A stretch of 64,000 bases of DNA from Balanoglossus misakiensis (Eukaryota; Animalia; Hemichordata). Both the position numbers and the translations under genes were made by a program. Location of the stretch: contig CM082580.2 in the NCBI GenBank assembly GCA_040954595.2, positions 13,690,242 through 13,754,241 of the forward strand, read 5' to 3'. Below the pieces are notes generated by a model. That model was not told the DNA's origin. It worked only from the letters and a program-made list of their open reading frames with translations, and did not search any database. This document shows positions 25,059 through 40,460 of the stretch, one piece after another (positions within the stretch are counted from its first letter, which is position 1; each line of letters starts with the position of its first letter).

Positions 25059-28000
25059 AGTGGGATATAAAATAAATTTCTGTGACGTCTGTATCTGGAT
25101 TTCTCTTGCAGTTCAGGGTTTCAAGAATCTTGAGTTGTCTGTGATCACATATCCTAGGTTCTTTCGACTGTTCATGTAGATGACCACCACTTGCCTAGAT
25201 CGCACTGACTTAACATGACTTGTATGTGTATATATAGACCACTTATGCCTTGACCCCTTTAAGTGACAATGGTTCATTCCGCAGTGCAGCCAATCCTTGG
25301 TTCTTATCCGGACACAGCGTTACAACTGATTCCTTGTCTTCACTTCTCAAATGACACCCAGCATGACAGTCTTCTTCTCACGTAATGTGCACTAATTATA
25401 GAATTATAGTAGGATAAACATCTTACATCTTTACAATTATAGAATTAGCAGGATGTAAGATGTCTGTCTTGTGATGTCTACTACTGCATGTCAACCAAAA
25501 TAGTCTGCGTACCTGTATGTGGTGTTCTCGGCCTTAAAATCTTTTGTGTTGGTCGCGCGTGAGTGAGTGTGTTTGTTTAACTGAGTCACATACTTTCACT
25601 ATTGTTCACGAATTTTTTACTCATTCAAGGCTGACCGATACCAGTCGTGCCTGGCGAACCACCAACATTGTTGGATGTATACAATTCTGCGATAGTTTTT
25701 TTCTGAACAAATATGGAGGAAGATCTAAAAAGCAAATAATCAGTCAGAGGACAGATGTAAGACGACAACCGATCCCATAAGCTAGCTATAGACTATCGTC
25801 TATAGAAGCAAAAAGCAAAGCACAATATAACAATATCTTTTGATTAAATATTTGTCATATTTTATTTGCTTTTTTGATAAAAATAACAATAAAAACATGT
25901 AAGCTAGAAAGTTAAAAAACATAGTTTATGGATGGCTAGTATGACACATATTTGGGGATTCACAACACGGAAATATGTACACATGATTGTTCTGATCCAA
26001 TGACTATCAAAATACACAACAAAAATAAACATGAAAATTGTCTTCCTAGTAAATAAAGTAGTGGCGTTCATGTTTCTTTGTGAATGTGATAAAATACAGT
26101 CTGTAATATTTCATTGTCAGCACCTTAGGATGTTTGAGATCTTAGAATTCAGGGGTAAAAATGTATTGGGGTTAGGGTTAGGGTCTTTGGAGAGGCCAAC
26201 GATTTCTTGTGCTGCGGGGTAGAGAGAATCTGCCTTTAGTTTCATTAGATCTGTTTTCATTTAAAAAGGTAGAAATTTTAAAACTTGAGAATAATCAAGT
26301 TAAAGGATCTCTTTGATCATGCATGTTGATGCTAACTATAATTTAGAATAGATACACAAATCAAAAACAGAAGGCTATTATCTGTAATGACAATGTATGC
26401 TAAGACTGGACTAGACTATTACCTGAATCTTCTCCATATATACAATCTCTATTCTACAGCTTCTAAAAACCATGTAATTTTTTCTTTCTGTTTGTATCAC
26501 TGTAATACAAATTGTTAGTTCATGTTGATTTCATTTTGGATTAAGCTTTCAGTTGAAGCATGTTTTGTGAGAGGTAAACATTTGTCTTTAAGTGATTACA
26601 TGATCGGGCGTATCAGTTTACAAGTGTGTATATTTCAGTCATCTTGTGAGAGACATATCAGAAAATCTTTGGCAGATGTCACCGGACATAAGAAAACTCA
26701 CAATTTTGATTCAATCACAAAATACATGACATATATTAGGTAATACAAACCTTTTTTTCTCACAAAATATTACAAAATGACAATAAGACCTGATTCAATG
26801 AAAATGACAAACAGAAAGATTTCAAACAATAAACAAGACAGCACCTCGACAAAACAAATAATAAATTTCATCTGTAGTTAGTTTCTTAAGAACATGATTC
26901 TGAACGTTCAAGTGTAGCATGTTAAACCAAAAAAAGACTCTCACCACAGTAGCAGAAAATAAATGTAATCATTGCATATACTCAAAAAATTGTGCTGAAG
27001 CGAAACATCTTTTTTTCAAATTGTGAAACATAACTTGCTAATGAATAGAAAGAATTAAAGAATGAAACAGTTCCATCACTGGCAAAGAACATGCTATTAT
27101 CAGCTAAATATTAATTCTTAGTAAAATATTTAAATTTCTGATTATATTGTAAGATATCATCAAATGCAATTGCTCGTTCTGAAAAATAAACTTAAGTAAC
27201 TCACAGGAAATATAGACATGGTATTGATATTTTAAAATTTACTGTTGTGAATGGGTTTGGCCATTGACTCATTAAAGCATATGAGAATATTGCCAGTTGT
27301 CCATGACTGGCCGGTTCATATTCAAATTCAGCCAATCATGGTGGGGGTAATAACCAATAATATAAAGTAATGTGACATGCATATGATACTGATCTACCTA
27401 AAAGTGTTAATGTGCATGACTATGAAACAAGCACCAAGTAATACTTGACCAAACATAAAAAGAAACGACTTCATATGACTAACCTACTAGACCTTCATGC
27501 CAGTAAGAATATGATAATTATGAATCTGTCTTGGCCAATTAAATAACAGTTCAGCCAAGAGTAACTTATTTTTTAGACTATTGCATTTAACATTTACAAG
27601 ACGTTAGGTTGCCAAGATGAGTTGCATAGGATGTAATATGGCCAGCGGAATTTTTCTTCAACCTATATACAAAATTACAATTACTGGAAAAACTAGTTTT
27701 TTTTCGTCTTTATCGTTTCAGCACTTCCTGCTGCAGAGAATTTTGCTGTACTTCAAGTGTTCCACTAGAGAGTTGAATTCAAAATGAATATGTTTCCAAA
27801 CAGGTGAAAACCGGTAGGCTACTACAGGCTACGAAAAACTAAATGGAATCGAGGTTGGTTGGCTGGCAGTGATGTACTGAATGCGTACATAAAGGGGTGA
27901 ACCTGACAGGAATAAAGGTTTATTAAATTTATGTAATTTCCACAAATCGAGAAAGTCATGTATTTGACTCGTGTCCTTCTACAAATAGTATTACAAAGTT

Positions 28001-28742
28001 GTCAGAAAGTGTGGGATAGTTATTGCATGCTTTTCTTTTTCGTTCATGTTACTAACGTACTTCTAACAACCAATCTTTCACTACCTCCCTCTCTTAGTAG
28101 TTAAACAAATCTGCCTTTTTGCAATGGGACCAATCAAGGCTATAGAAAATTACCGTTTTCCAAAATGTATGAATTTCATTTCGGTGGACTGCCCACTATT
28201 AGCACTTTCAAATATCTGCTGTTAATTTCCCCCAATATAATTAAAGTTAAAAAATATACTAGAAAAATTTACAAAAAACATATTAATCGCTTCCAACTTT
28301 TCTTTTCATTATTTGGGTATGATTTTGATGTCCACATTTGGCAAAGTATGCAGAACCCCAACAGAAGAGGAACAAGAACTTGATTTTGTTCTTTGAGAAT
28401 GCCTCTACACGATACACTGATACAAATCTTCCTAAAGGCAAAAAGTGGATACGATGCGCACCATATTGGACTATAAGAGTCTGCGTTTATGTGGGAATAT
28501 TTTACTCTACAATGTTAAGATGTTAAAAAAAAATGCCCGGTTTATAAGACAACTGTGCATTGTTGCAAAATAAGGTACAGATACATGTGTCAGACATCTA
28601 GACAGAGAGAGGATGCTGGCTCAGTCTCGATCCTGACTGTTACAGTCATCTCAGGTAACTCCTCTTGCAATCACCATGATAGTACTGTAAGATTTGCAAG
28701 ACCACTCTCTGATATCTCTATCTATCTTGAAGTTGTTTTAGT

Positions 28743-31700
28743 TTACAATGCAGCACCTTTGTAAGTTGGGTTCTTGAAGGTGGATGTTGCTTGTTTGTAG
28801 ATTGGATTCTCACCCTGCAGGGAAAAAAAAAGTTTAGAAATAAGACATTGCCGGAGGTTTCCTTTCTGTTTCAAGTACTGCAGCACAAATGATCAATAGA
28901 AAAAACACTCGCATACATATGTACATACATATACATATATACACAAACACACATATGTAGAGAGATATGTCCACACCAGTAGACTACATCAAAACTCAAA
29001 TCAACCCACAAAGTATAGTACACACTGCAGATAAACTTGACTTACCGCATCCCACTTGGCATTTTGTCTCTCTTTTTCAAATTTGGCAAATTCCCTTCTG
29101 TCATGGATGGTTGTCAGCAGCTTCCAGATGAGCAACAGAGCTAATCCGATGAATAAAATTCCAAGCACTACCCCCAGCACGATGAAAAGGGGATTGACTG
29201 CCACAGGACATACTGAGAGAGAGAGAGAGAGATGAGAATAAAAGTACATAGTTAGATCAGATTGTAATACTCAAAGGATGTGAGTAAGTTACATGTATTC
29301 ACAAACATGATGTAAGGAAACTCACTGAAACTGACACCAAGATAACATTTAATCAGTTACAATTTCAACTCCACTACAAATAAAGTCCAGTGTAGGATCA
29401 TGAGATCCTGTGTCAGTGAAGCGCCCTCTCTCAGGCTGTGTGAAGGTCTTACTGTACGACAGAAAATAACAGGTTTGGACCAAACCATGGCAGTGAATAC
29501 CTCACTTGCCTCTTATCCTGGACTCCAGCAGAGTATTGGGTCAATGAATACAAAATAACACACTTCCACAGACAGGTCACCAAATGTAAGACTGTGGCCT
29601 CGACACAGCAACATTTGTGAACAATGCCAATCAACATTCACAGATACTTACCCTTGTCCTCATCTACCGTCAGGATGTACGTTCCATTCTCTAACTGGCC
29701 TTGGATGAACTCAAATATGCAGTCATCGTCGTCCTGGAAACGGCATACTTCAACACCTTCACCTGTCAAGAAACACAGGGTATTATTTATCACAAAAACC
29801 AATGCCAAAAAGGTTGAATTTGTCAATAAAGTAAATAAATATTAAAACAGCTGACCCTTATTGTACCATCTACATTGTCTGCATACTACCACCATATATT
29901 CTAAACAAAACATTGGTGTCAGTGTCACACTAGCAAGTGAAACCAAACAATCAAGTTGTCACAAAAATACGGCATACAAGTGGCAAGTATTACCAACTTC
30001 AGATCTGTGGAATTTCAATACACAGTTAACTATTGATACGAAAACTAACTTGAACGGGGGAAGATATAATGATGGCAGTAACCAGCCCTGGATAGAGGAT
30101 ATCCATGTTATATACACTTAGAACATAAAATTATCATAACTTGAACTAGAAATATCAACTCACACAGGTTATAGTTATAGGGGTTGTACAAAAAAGTATT
30201 GTGTTGTGAATATGAAGTATTCAACAAAGATAAAAAATAACTGATAGAAGGGTGAATTAGAAAGGAAAATGTAAGATCTATGACATGCTGCACATGCAGT
30301 TTGTGGAATGTAATTGACATGGCGAATGATGGCAGATAAAATGACAGGAAACTGAATAGAAGTTGAACTATGAAAGCATGCATTCAGATAACATTAAATT
30401 TAACCTTTACCCTTTTCTCCTGAAAGTGTGGCATGATGTGATGGTTTAGTTTTTTTTACAGGAAAGAAAATTGAATACACATGGGATTAGAGTTAGAGTG
30501 CATAATACTTTGACCTAGAGACACTCCCATTTATAAATGTGGTGACACCCATTCCACCCCCCGCCCCTGGTGGCTGACCCTTCACCTAAATGCGACCTTT
30601 GTAAACATCACTCTCAGAGACCTTCCCATGTAACATTATGAAGACATGAAACCAAGTGGATAGTGTAACAACAACAAGCTTATTCTTGGTGAAATAGTAT
30701 CATTTTCCAGTCCTATCCTTCATACACAGCCATGTCACAGAAATCACAGGGTTTTTTTTCTTGTATCATTTCCTCTTATATGCTTATTAAATGGTTAGTT
30801 TTGTTACAGAACACAAGAACACAGACACTCATTTGAGTTCACAAAGTGCTGACTATGACATGACATTAGACAGAAAAAAAACATGATTCAAATTTGGTGG
30901 AAATGGAGATACTGAACAGCGGCAGTGAATAGCAAGGTACATGGTGAACTTGAAGTCTGCCATATGTAGGCACAATGAGCTTTTGTGGCACACAGTGGTC
31001 AATGTACATGATGATGCTTTCCATGGTAATAGGATTGTACCCCCTGTAAATGTCCAGGGGGTGACTGACCAAGTACCACTTCCATGAGGGGAGTGTACAC
31101 CCAGCTCTCTGACAGTGAAGAAACTGGCCCATGATATTCTGTCAGGAGTCATGAACAAGACTTGCCAGTTTTCACTACAAACACCAGTTATGCTGACTTT
31201 GGTTATCAATTTTCACAACTCAAAGTGGCCCTCATCAAACTTAAATTACCTTTTTCCAAGTCTTTGACCATCTGTATAGGATAGGGACACTCTTCACACT
31301 CAGCTTTGCTGAGATTCCCAGATTTGAATGCTTTGCACTGCACACAGGCTTTGCTGTTCTTGCATTTGTTGACTTCACACAATCCCTTGTAATCCTACAA
31401 AAGACAAGGGGAGTCATTCAAATTGTGTTTGTGGAAATTTTCACAGTGACAGCAAGTCCACAAATAAAAAGTAATGTTATGTCAAGGAGAGTTCACTGAC
31501 CTTTCCAATGGGGCAATCTTCACATGTCTTGCCTGTGTACAGAGTAATTGATGAGTTACATTTACACACTCCACAGTCGCAGTAGCCTAGTCCATTACAC
31601 TCCAGCTGTTGGCAGACGAACAGAATTCCAAATCAGCATACATTCCATTATCATTTGTTATAACATTGAAATATATCATTTCTCAAAGTACAATATTCTA

Positions 31701-34700
31701 GTCACAAAAACAATGAACTTACCCCGTTCGAGGCAATACATGATGCTTTTGATGACGGACACGAGCAATCGTCTCCTTCCCACTGCTCTTTACACTTGCA
31801 GACGCTCTTGTGGAGAACTTCATCACAGATGCACTCGCCACGATCAGGACCTGTGTGTCACAGATAAAAACAGACGTATTGAAATCTGACCTAAGCCTTG
31901 GCCTTGACTGGATATTGAGCTGCATGCCTGTGAGTGACCTATACTTTGCAGGGTCAACGCCAATGGTACAGTACACTACACTACACTACACTACACTACA
32001 CTACACTACACTACACTACACTGCACTGCACTGCACTGCACTACACTACACTACACTACACTACACTACACTACACTACACTACACTACACTACACTACA
32101 CTACACTACACTACACTACACTACACTACACTACACTACACTACACTACACTACACTACACTACACTGCACTACACTACACTGCACTACACTACACTACA
32201 CAGCACTGCACTACACTACACTACACTACACTACCTTTCCTGAATGGAGACATAGGTAAGTTTTGCCAGGCAAAGTTGAACCCTTTCAGTGCTACAACGG
32301 ACAGTCTTTCTCATCAACAACGGGTTATATAGGATATCCTTGAAACATTCTCTCTCACCTCCACAGATTTCTCCTCCAGATCTGTCGCAAGACAAACTAT
32401 CGCATTCACAGAATGCACCCGAGAAAAACTGGCCAGGTTTCTGCAAGGCAAGCACATACATGGCTGGCATTAATATACATTGTACGTTGTCAAAGGTCAA
32501 CAGGAACGGATCTGTGTGGCTTGTAATGTGCCATACAAGACAAAGTATTAGTTTCAGAACTCAAGACCATTCACAATGCTGCATCGTAAAGTGAACTGAA
32601 ACTAAAGAAGGGGCAGGTTGACTTACATCTGAGATGTAACACTCGCACTCTCCACAGAGACAGGTACCACGTGAACTGCATGGCTGAGATGTGTTTGTCC
32701 TGGAGAGAAAAGCATAAACATATCCATCATGGGTGACCATACTTTTCCCCATAATCAAACATCAGTCATGCTTGTCTATGTTCAATTTGGTTTGCTGAAT
32801 TTTATCATACAATGACAGTACCCAGCATGCAGCATGATACTGTGTTAGATGTCTTTTCCATACAGCACTTGCTTATCACAAACATTATATGCTAATGAAA
32901 ATTCTGAAAAATCTTTCAGCTCACATTTTACATGGGGTATCATCATCACCAACATCGTTATCGTCGCTGCTACATTCACACCTTCTGCCATATCTGTTCT
33001 CGTTGCAAGCACAGCCATTACAGACGAGGGTTCCGTTTCCATTCGAACACTGTTCTGCATCAGCGACCTAGGGATAATACAAAAAATGTTTGGTTTCTTT
33101 CATTGTTACACTAGTAAAAAGTGCTTCTAGTTAAGCTGACCATTTCATCCCCCCCCCCCATTTTATTGTCTATGGTTCAAGCCATACAATCCAGACCAAC
33201 TGGGTGATACCAAATGGTTGTAGAAATAAGGTGAGAAGACTTACTGGATTGTCTTCACATCCACAGTTGCATTCCAATTCTACTTGGACGACCAATTCTT
33301 CATTGAAGCCAATGGGTTTGATCGTGAATCTGGAAAAATTAATAATCAATGTTTACTCTAGCAAGATAACATGCACTACAGTACTAAACAAATTTATGTT
33401 ATTGACATTTTTGACAGCAGTATATGAATCAATGTGTAAAATAAATTATGTTTCCTCGGGACTTACTGATTATTCTCAAGTTCTGGACATCCAGTGGCGG
33501 TGATTGTGATATCGAAGTGAACAGTATCTCCAACACGAAGTCCAGAGCATTCCTTGGATCCTTCTGTGGTGACGTTATTCAGACAAACTGAGGTGTAGGA
33601 GACCGTGATATTCTCTGGCGCATTGTCAGACATTGACACTTTGGATGTGATTTTCTGAAAAGAGATGTAAAGTTGTTTAATATGACATTGCAATAATGAA
33701 TGGCATTTTCTATTCTGTGTCTTGTGGAGTAACATATCACACACACACACACAATCTACATGTATCTATCACACAACACAGAGAGAACTAAAATCTTCCC
33801 GAGTTTTGGCACTGACATCAGGAAAAATTTAAGATATGTGAAGAGAGGATACTCACATTATAGTTTTCCTTGACTAACTCTACGATGTTCGATGAATCAT
33901 CAGCAAGTTCGCCAACAGTTGATCCCTCAATGTATTTGGTTAGTTCCTGGATTGAATTTGAAGGAAATATGCAATCAATCTGAGAACTTTTCATGTGCTG
34001 TTTAGCACCAACAAGTGAAAGAAACAAACGCTGAAAATAGTTGCTCATAGGTCACACAAATGTGCACTGTGTACAAACGCACACACACACACACACATGT
34101 ATGTAACATGTACTTACTTCGTAAATCTTGATGTTACCACCGGTGACAGCAAATACTGGAATGACATTGTTCTTCTGCATCTGATAATTGAGTTGACTGA
34201 TTGATGGGTAATCCTGCAGAAAGAAGGTGAAAAGAATTGAGAGTTAGTCTCAAATAGTTCCCTTAATACTAAAATAGACATGTCTTAATTTACTGTACCG
34301 CCCCACTAAAATGCATGCACATACCCAATACCAATGCACTGCCCTGTGCTTATACTTGCACAGAACCTAGTGCAATAGGATAGAGATGGGAAATAACATT
34401 AACACTTACCAATTCAGTAGACTTGTAGTATTCACCAGTTGTGTCATTGAGATAACACTCTCCATCATTAGGCCTTACAATACCACCAAGCTGCAAACAC
34501 AAAATTATCACAATTAAAGGTAAATGACCACTACATTGTCATTCAAAGACTTAGACATTCAAAAACTGATAAATATTACTCGAAGTGACTGCCTTGATGA
34601 AATCTTAGTTTCTATGATAAAGTGCACACATTCTGACAAATAGGGAAAAAATTACCTTGCCATCTCCAGCATAATGGAATGCTGCATCTGTTGTGTAGAT

Positions 34701-37700
34701 GATTAAATGTCTAGCCTGTTCCCTCCATCCAATTTGGTCCTGAAACATCAAAGAAACCATCATTTATAAACTTCTTCTAATGGTGTCAACACCCAGAATT
34801 TAACCTCACTAATACAGTTGTACTGCACTTAATATCAACTGTGCCTTTGAATTACTAAGCAAACATTTCAGACTGCACAGCGATTCCAGTTGACTTAGAA
34901 TACGTACGTGACAGACTGTGGCTTGCATCAAGGCATCCATGCCTCCTTCCGGAGAATCCAAGTTTCCTGATGTCTTCTGGTTTTGAATTTCAACCTGGGA
35001 AAAAACAACCATTTCAACATATCAGAGAATGCACCCTGCCAATTCATGATCCTATTCATTTGACATTTTCACATGGAAAATTATATTGCGGACACCTTTC
35101 AGTGCAAAATGATTGAATAACATGATACTTACCGAAAACTGAGTACTGTTCAAACTCAGAGGAAGGGAATTTATAAATCCATATGGTGGTACACACCCTG
35201 AACAAGGTGCCTCACGTCTGCAGATGAAAGTGGTAAAGATGATTTATTTTTGTTTTAAGTTGAGGAGATTTTAATTTACTGCAAGAATCAGTGGTATCTA
35301 TCTTATATCAGGAATCTCCACAAAGTGTTTCTTGTCTGTGGGAACATCAAATATTCCCAAGCCGCTGGCAAAGGTACAATTTTGGTCACTTACACAGATG
35401 GTACGGTGTTTATGTAAGGCATGACTGTCTTGTCCACAAAGGAACCAAATCCCAGGCGGAAATCTTTAGTGATCTTGTTCATTTCCTCAGCTGCAAAAGA
35501 AAAGAACATCATCATAATTCATTGTACATTGTCAGTTAGTCTTGGAATTTACTTAAATTCTCAAACATAAGGGATCATGTCGGTAACTTGTTCAGAGAAC
35601 TTAGTTTCCTTTGAGAGGATTAAAGCAAGACACCGACTTCTAAACAAAACTATACAGGCACACAAAATTAACATGCAAAGTTTACCTAAAATTTCACCCA
35701 AGATTTTGAGTTTTTCCAAATCGTCAGCCATGGAATTTGAGACATCCATGACATAGTAGAGATCTACTGGGTAGTCTTCAGCTTGACGCACACTCACTTT
35801 GACATTGGCTTCTTTTCCTGTGAAAGATACGAAGATGACAGACATTTGGTCAGAAAATCGCTGTATACACAGAAGCAAGGTGGAGCACCTGAAGAAACAT
35901 GATAATATGTTTACCTGGTCTGAGCTTGACTTTGATTATTTGAGGTTGAATTTGAACAGCTTTGCCAACATCGGACCCGGCATCACTAAGTGGTTGCGAC
36001 TGTGGAAAGGAAAAATTACATGTGTGAATAATAGTATTCTGAGTTATGGCAGTTGTACATGTATGTCATTACATACAATGTATATATCCTCTCTTTTTTC
36101 ATTTTAGGGGATATGTAATTTCTTTCAAACACATAAATAAAGAAAGAGAAATTCTATATATATTTACCTTTGTGATATTCACTGAACTAATAGGAGAAAC
36201 AATTCTGCCACTTGGACATCCATTGGACATCAGGGTGGAAACTCTGTCACACTGTGGTTGTGCCTTTTCTTGGTGAAAATCCTGTCAATCAAAATTGATT
36301 TTTTATGAGTACATGTATTTTGTTTAAACCTAATGTTGATATTTGGAAATGTGGATTTCACAGTTGATTTGGTTCCAAAAATCTTATCTTGATAACATCC
36401 TTATTAATTCCTGGCTCAATGACAGAAAAATGCAAATCTCTGACACGACTCCTTTGATGAGCAACTGCAGAGAGATTTTAATGAGATGCACTAGAATTCA
36501 CACTGTGTCATGTACGAACAATCCATCTGCTGTGTCTTGCAGTGGGCGGATCAGTAATGACTCACGACAAAGCACATCCTAGTTTAAATGCCTTCCTTGT
36601 TAGCACTCTTATATTTTTTTTTCTTCTTCTTCTGAACGGCCCTTGGGGAAAATTACAGTCTGTAAGGCTTGTAGGTCATTTGCAACTAGGGGATAATGTC
36701 TAACTCAATCTGAAATCTCTTCACAGTTCATCAGATCTCTAGTCAACATCAGTTCAGCCATATATTCTCAGACAAATTGGCGCTTTCAACTGTCCTCATC
36801 GTTAAAAGTAACGTTAGAGTAACTGAAGCGAAGCTAAATATCATAACAAATATAAATTCCATTCTGCCAAATTAAATGAGGCCGCACATTCCAAACAAGT
36901 GATATATGCCTGACACTGAGTGAAAGGCATTTCTTAATGAACAAAAGTTCACCATTACAAAACCACAGGATTCATGTTTACTTACATATCTATTTGGTAT
37001 TTTTTTTATCATATTTTGTAACCAGATGGTGAAGATGAATTTACAAAGATGACTCCAGATGTCAGTTTGGTGATTACAAAAGGGAGTATGAAAGTGACCC
37101 ATTGAGAGACTAAGTAAGATATCATGACCCCTTATTTACTTTCACTGATGTTGATAGATTTTTGTTTGTAAATACCAAAGTCAATTAGAGAATCACTTCA
37201 ACCGAATATTTAATATTTATATTCCAAACAAAATAGATATACAAAACGTATAAGTAAGTGAATATCTTACCCAATCATCACACCAGCCACAAGAAGGATC
37301 TGCCACAATACAGTCACGGCAATTACGAGCACCGCTGCAAGGGTTACCTGGGAGGAAAATGTTTGTAGACAGCAATGTAAAAATACTGGCAATTGCAAAT
37401 ATCTGTCTAGCATTCACTGCCACAGGATAATTTTATCATCAACAGTTAAAATGCTTAATATAATCTGTATGAATCATCGCTTCAATCTGCTACGAAGAAT
37501 GTGTATGTATTATTCAAAAATCCATTTTTATGATTGTGCGGTCTTTGTTTCATCTGTTTAATGAGCACTGGAAAACTGCTCACAAATTATTCATATTATG
37601 CCAAGAGTATGACCTTTTTTCTTATTTCACACATTCAATTATTAATTAAAGTCCACTTTATCTGTCATTAGATCCTAATCTTTCCTAATTACAAAAGGTA

Positions 37701-37899
37701 GGACAGACATATACAGTAGTCTTCAGCACAAAGATTACCTGTATAAACATAGATTAGAAATATCGTAACAGAAACAAGCTCTCTAAAATATGAATTTCAG
37801 ATAAACAGAAAACAATAAAAGAAAAGTGTACTTACTTTGGGATTCAACTAGTCTATAGCATAATGCTAATGTTATTACTGCAAAAAATGGCTGATACAT
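28743..37899 (-). CDS. Integrin beta subunit (beta1/betaPS-like), complete, 23 coding exons, ~796 aa
   Basis: Signal [21 protein letters not shown]; PSI domain ([14 protein letters not shown]); [20 protein letters not shown]; [11 protein letters not shown]; [16 protein letters not shown]; [19 protein letters not shown]; DYPS; Cys-rich I-EGF repeats; TM followed by [19 protein letters not shown]; tail [18 protein letters not shown]. Phases are consistent across all exons. Confidence 0.97.
29215..29232. repeat. (GA)n microsatellite, read as (TC)n polypyrimidine tract of the integrin-beta TM exon acceptor
   Basis: GAGAGA run directly abuts the acceptor of exon 29046-29212. Confidence 0.8.
31972..32234. 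repeat. (CTACA)n pentanucleotide microsatellite with CTGCA variants, in an integrin-beta intron
   Basis: About 50 copies of CTACA. It explains the HYTTL-repeat ORFs. Confidence 0.98.
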
Positions 37900-40243
37900 T
37901 CTAATCCCTGAAAGATAAACAGAAAAGTAAAGATTATATTCTATGGCAAATCACAAACATCTAGTTTCTACTGAGTAGACTGTAGATGTGATCAGTTTTG
38001 CAAATACCCAGATGGTAGTCTGGATTCTTCTGGGGGAGTCTCTCTTGTGCCGTTGAAGCTGTGAGGATTTTTATAGGCCTTTTGTAAAAATGCAGTTTTT
38101 AAATCATAGTCATACATTCCCTAGGGGCAAAAAAATTAATTAGGCCACAGACGTGGGAGCTGTATAGTCTACAGATAAAAAAGCGTGATCTAATAGCCTG
38201 TAGAAATGAATTCATGACAAAATGACTCCATATGCTCCCAGAAGATGGCTCTAAACTGAACTACTTTCTTTAGAAACGCATCATACACTCGCATTTTATC
38301 ATTCGTCATGGATCTGATATTTCTGCATGTATCACGACTTTCTGTGGAATTATCTATTGTTGAGAAAAATATCATTTAAAGGACTTCAAGCATCAACTAA
38401 AACCTCTTAAGGCAAAATCTACCCAGTCTTCCCCAGTGGAATCAATACAAGGCCCATTATCCAGATTAACAACCATCGCTGCGACAATTAAATTCAAATT
38501 TATTCTCTATCAAGTGAGATGCATCCATGGTATTTCAGAAATTTCACTCGAACAAAATGACACAATGTAGAAGATGTAATGGCATTATTAAGTACTACTG
38601 GTAACTCCATTTATAAATACGTGTTAATTTGTTTGGCAATCCTATGAGGAGGAACAACAAAATATGTCATTGAAGACAGAGAAATCTATTGAAAGATACT
38701 AGCATTCTTCCCAGAGGAGAATGACAGCCATTTTTAATTTCAAACATTACTGAGCTATAATGTTTGGTGCTGAACACACACACACCAGACTGTTTATATG
38801 TGCTCGTAAATCTAAACAAAAGTGAAAAGGGCCATGAAACTTTATGACACAGTGCAGTGCAACTCTAATTCAATGACCTCTCCTAGACATAGCGCAAATT
38901 AGAAAACATATCTTAAAGCTAGAGCCATTGCATTTTATCCTCTCTCAATTAAATATTCAACAGCTGTGCTCTGACATCCAACAACTGGACACTTCCTGTT
39001 TTCAGGCAACACCATGGTCATTACAAACAATGCCAGGATAGGCTATATAAGGTAAAGTCACATTTTACGAACCAAAACAATAGTAAGTTTAGCATCAATC
39101 GTGGAAATAGTAAAAATGACAATAAATGACAATAACTGCCCAATTTAAATCATCCACCCGACACACCCACAATTTGGTAGAAATTGGACCTAGTGTACTG
39201 TTTGTAAGTTTTGGTACTGTGGTAGGCTAATGCCCATCATGAACAAGAATGTAGGGACAGAAGAAGTCAAATATATTTTACATTTATTCTTTAGCTTATT
39301 TTCTTACAAGCTTAGCAGATTACTGCTCCTGTTTTACAGTCGTGTCTGGTACGTACTAAACCAGTGCAATGACCATGGAAATCTGTATGCCACTTGACAC
39401 CAACATCATTCAAACCCATCCCCACTGAAACCCTAGATGGTTGGTATGGTGTGTGACCTTGCTTGACCCTATAACTAAGACTGGAGCTACTAAAACTGTC
39501 CTGACAGTAGGCTGAGAACTGAACAGAGTTTCCTTTCATATATATAGTCTATTTCAATATCATGAAATTGACAGGAAACCCATGTCCTCGATCTCAGCTC
39601 TTGCTGCACGACCAACATTTCTTGTGGTATACTCACAGAGTTATTCAGAATGTCTGCATGTAACCTCACTTTCGCTCATGTGAGATCACGGCTGTGATAT
39701 TTCTGACATGACTGAACCTAAAATGTGTCAGCGCCAACCTGAGGCTGGGTTGGGGCACCCAAGGTTGTGCATTCACAATCTCGAGGATTTGTTTACTTTA
39801 TGGAAGGGGCTCAAACGGTTGTATTTCAAACCAGTTTCAGACATTTCTTTTCAGTTCTACGAAATACTAGAATCTGCTCCAGAAAACCAGTGAAGACAGA
39901 AATCCGATGGGTGATATTTACATGTCACGGCTGCGCTGGCTTTGATCAGCATTGACAATGGGCTTTGTAAAGCTCGGTGGAATAGATAAACAAAGTTTTG
40001 AGAGGAAATGGGTTGTCTTCACTGATGCTCTGGCGAAAATCGAGTGGAGGCAAACGATAACCTCTACGACGAGTCCCTTTGTATGTTACTAAAGATCGCA
40101 CAAGAGTAGCCGATGCTTCTCCAACTGAAGGGAATCATCGGTACGCTACTGCAAGATCATGGAGATGATGATGACAAGGCCTCAATCTCCGGAGGAGCAA
40201 ATACCGATGAATCCATTTAAATTGAAGGAAAATAATATCTTAC

Positions 40244-40460
40244 CTTTTCTTCTTACGATAACTTCAATATTTCTAAGTTATAATGCACACAGACCAGGAT
40301 AAGGATTATAAAGAAAACGGTCTTCCAAACTGGACTAAAATTCACTGTCAAACTCCCGATCTCCGACTCAACTGAACTGCTGGCCTCCTCTCGTACAGAT
40401 CTGTCTAAAAATGGCGAACGGAGTTCCTGTGTGACGTCACATTGAAAACCGGAAGTTGGC
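40244..40460 (-). promoter_or_regulatory. Probable non-coding first exon and promoter of integrin beta
   Basis: Donor AG|GTAAG at 40244/40243. YY1-like AAAATGGCG at 40408-40416, CRE palindrome TGTGACGTCACA at 40430-40441, ETS-like CCGGAAGT at 40449-40456, and local CpG enrichment. Confidence 0.6.

Noticed and set aside
30853-31209. Overlapping 88-aa and 118-aa ORFs in an integrin-beta intron
   Set aside because: No recognisable domain, and the flanking exons already join in phase without them.
31810-32332. HYTTL-repeat ORFs
   Set aside because: They are translations of the (CTACA)n microsatellite.
39958-40092. 44-aa plus-strand ORF MGFVKLGGIDKQSFERKWVVFTD..., faintly like the start of a PH domain
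   Set aside because: It is too short, the similarity does not continue and no further exons are evident. A profile search would be needed to rescue it.
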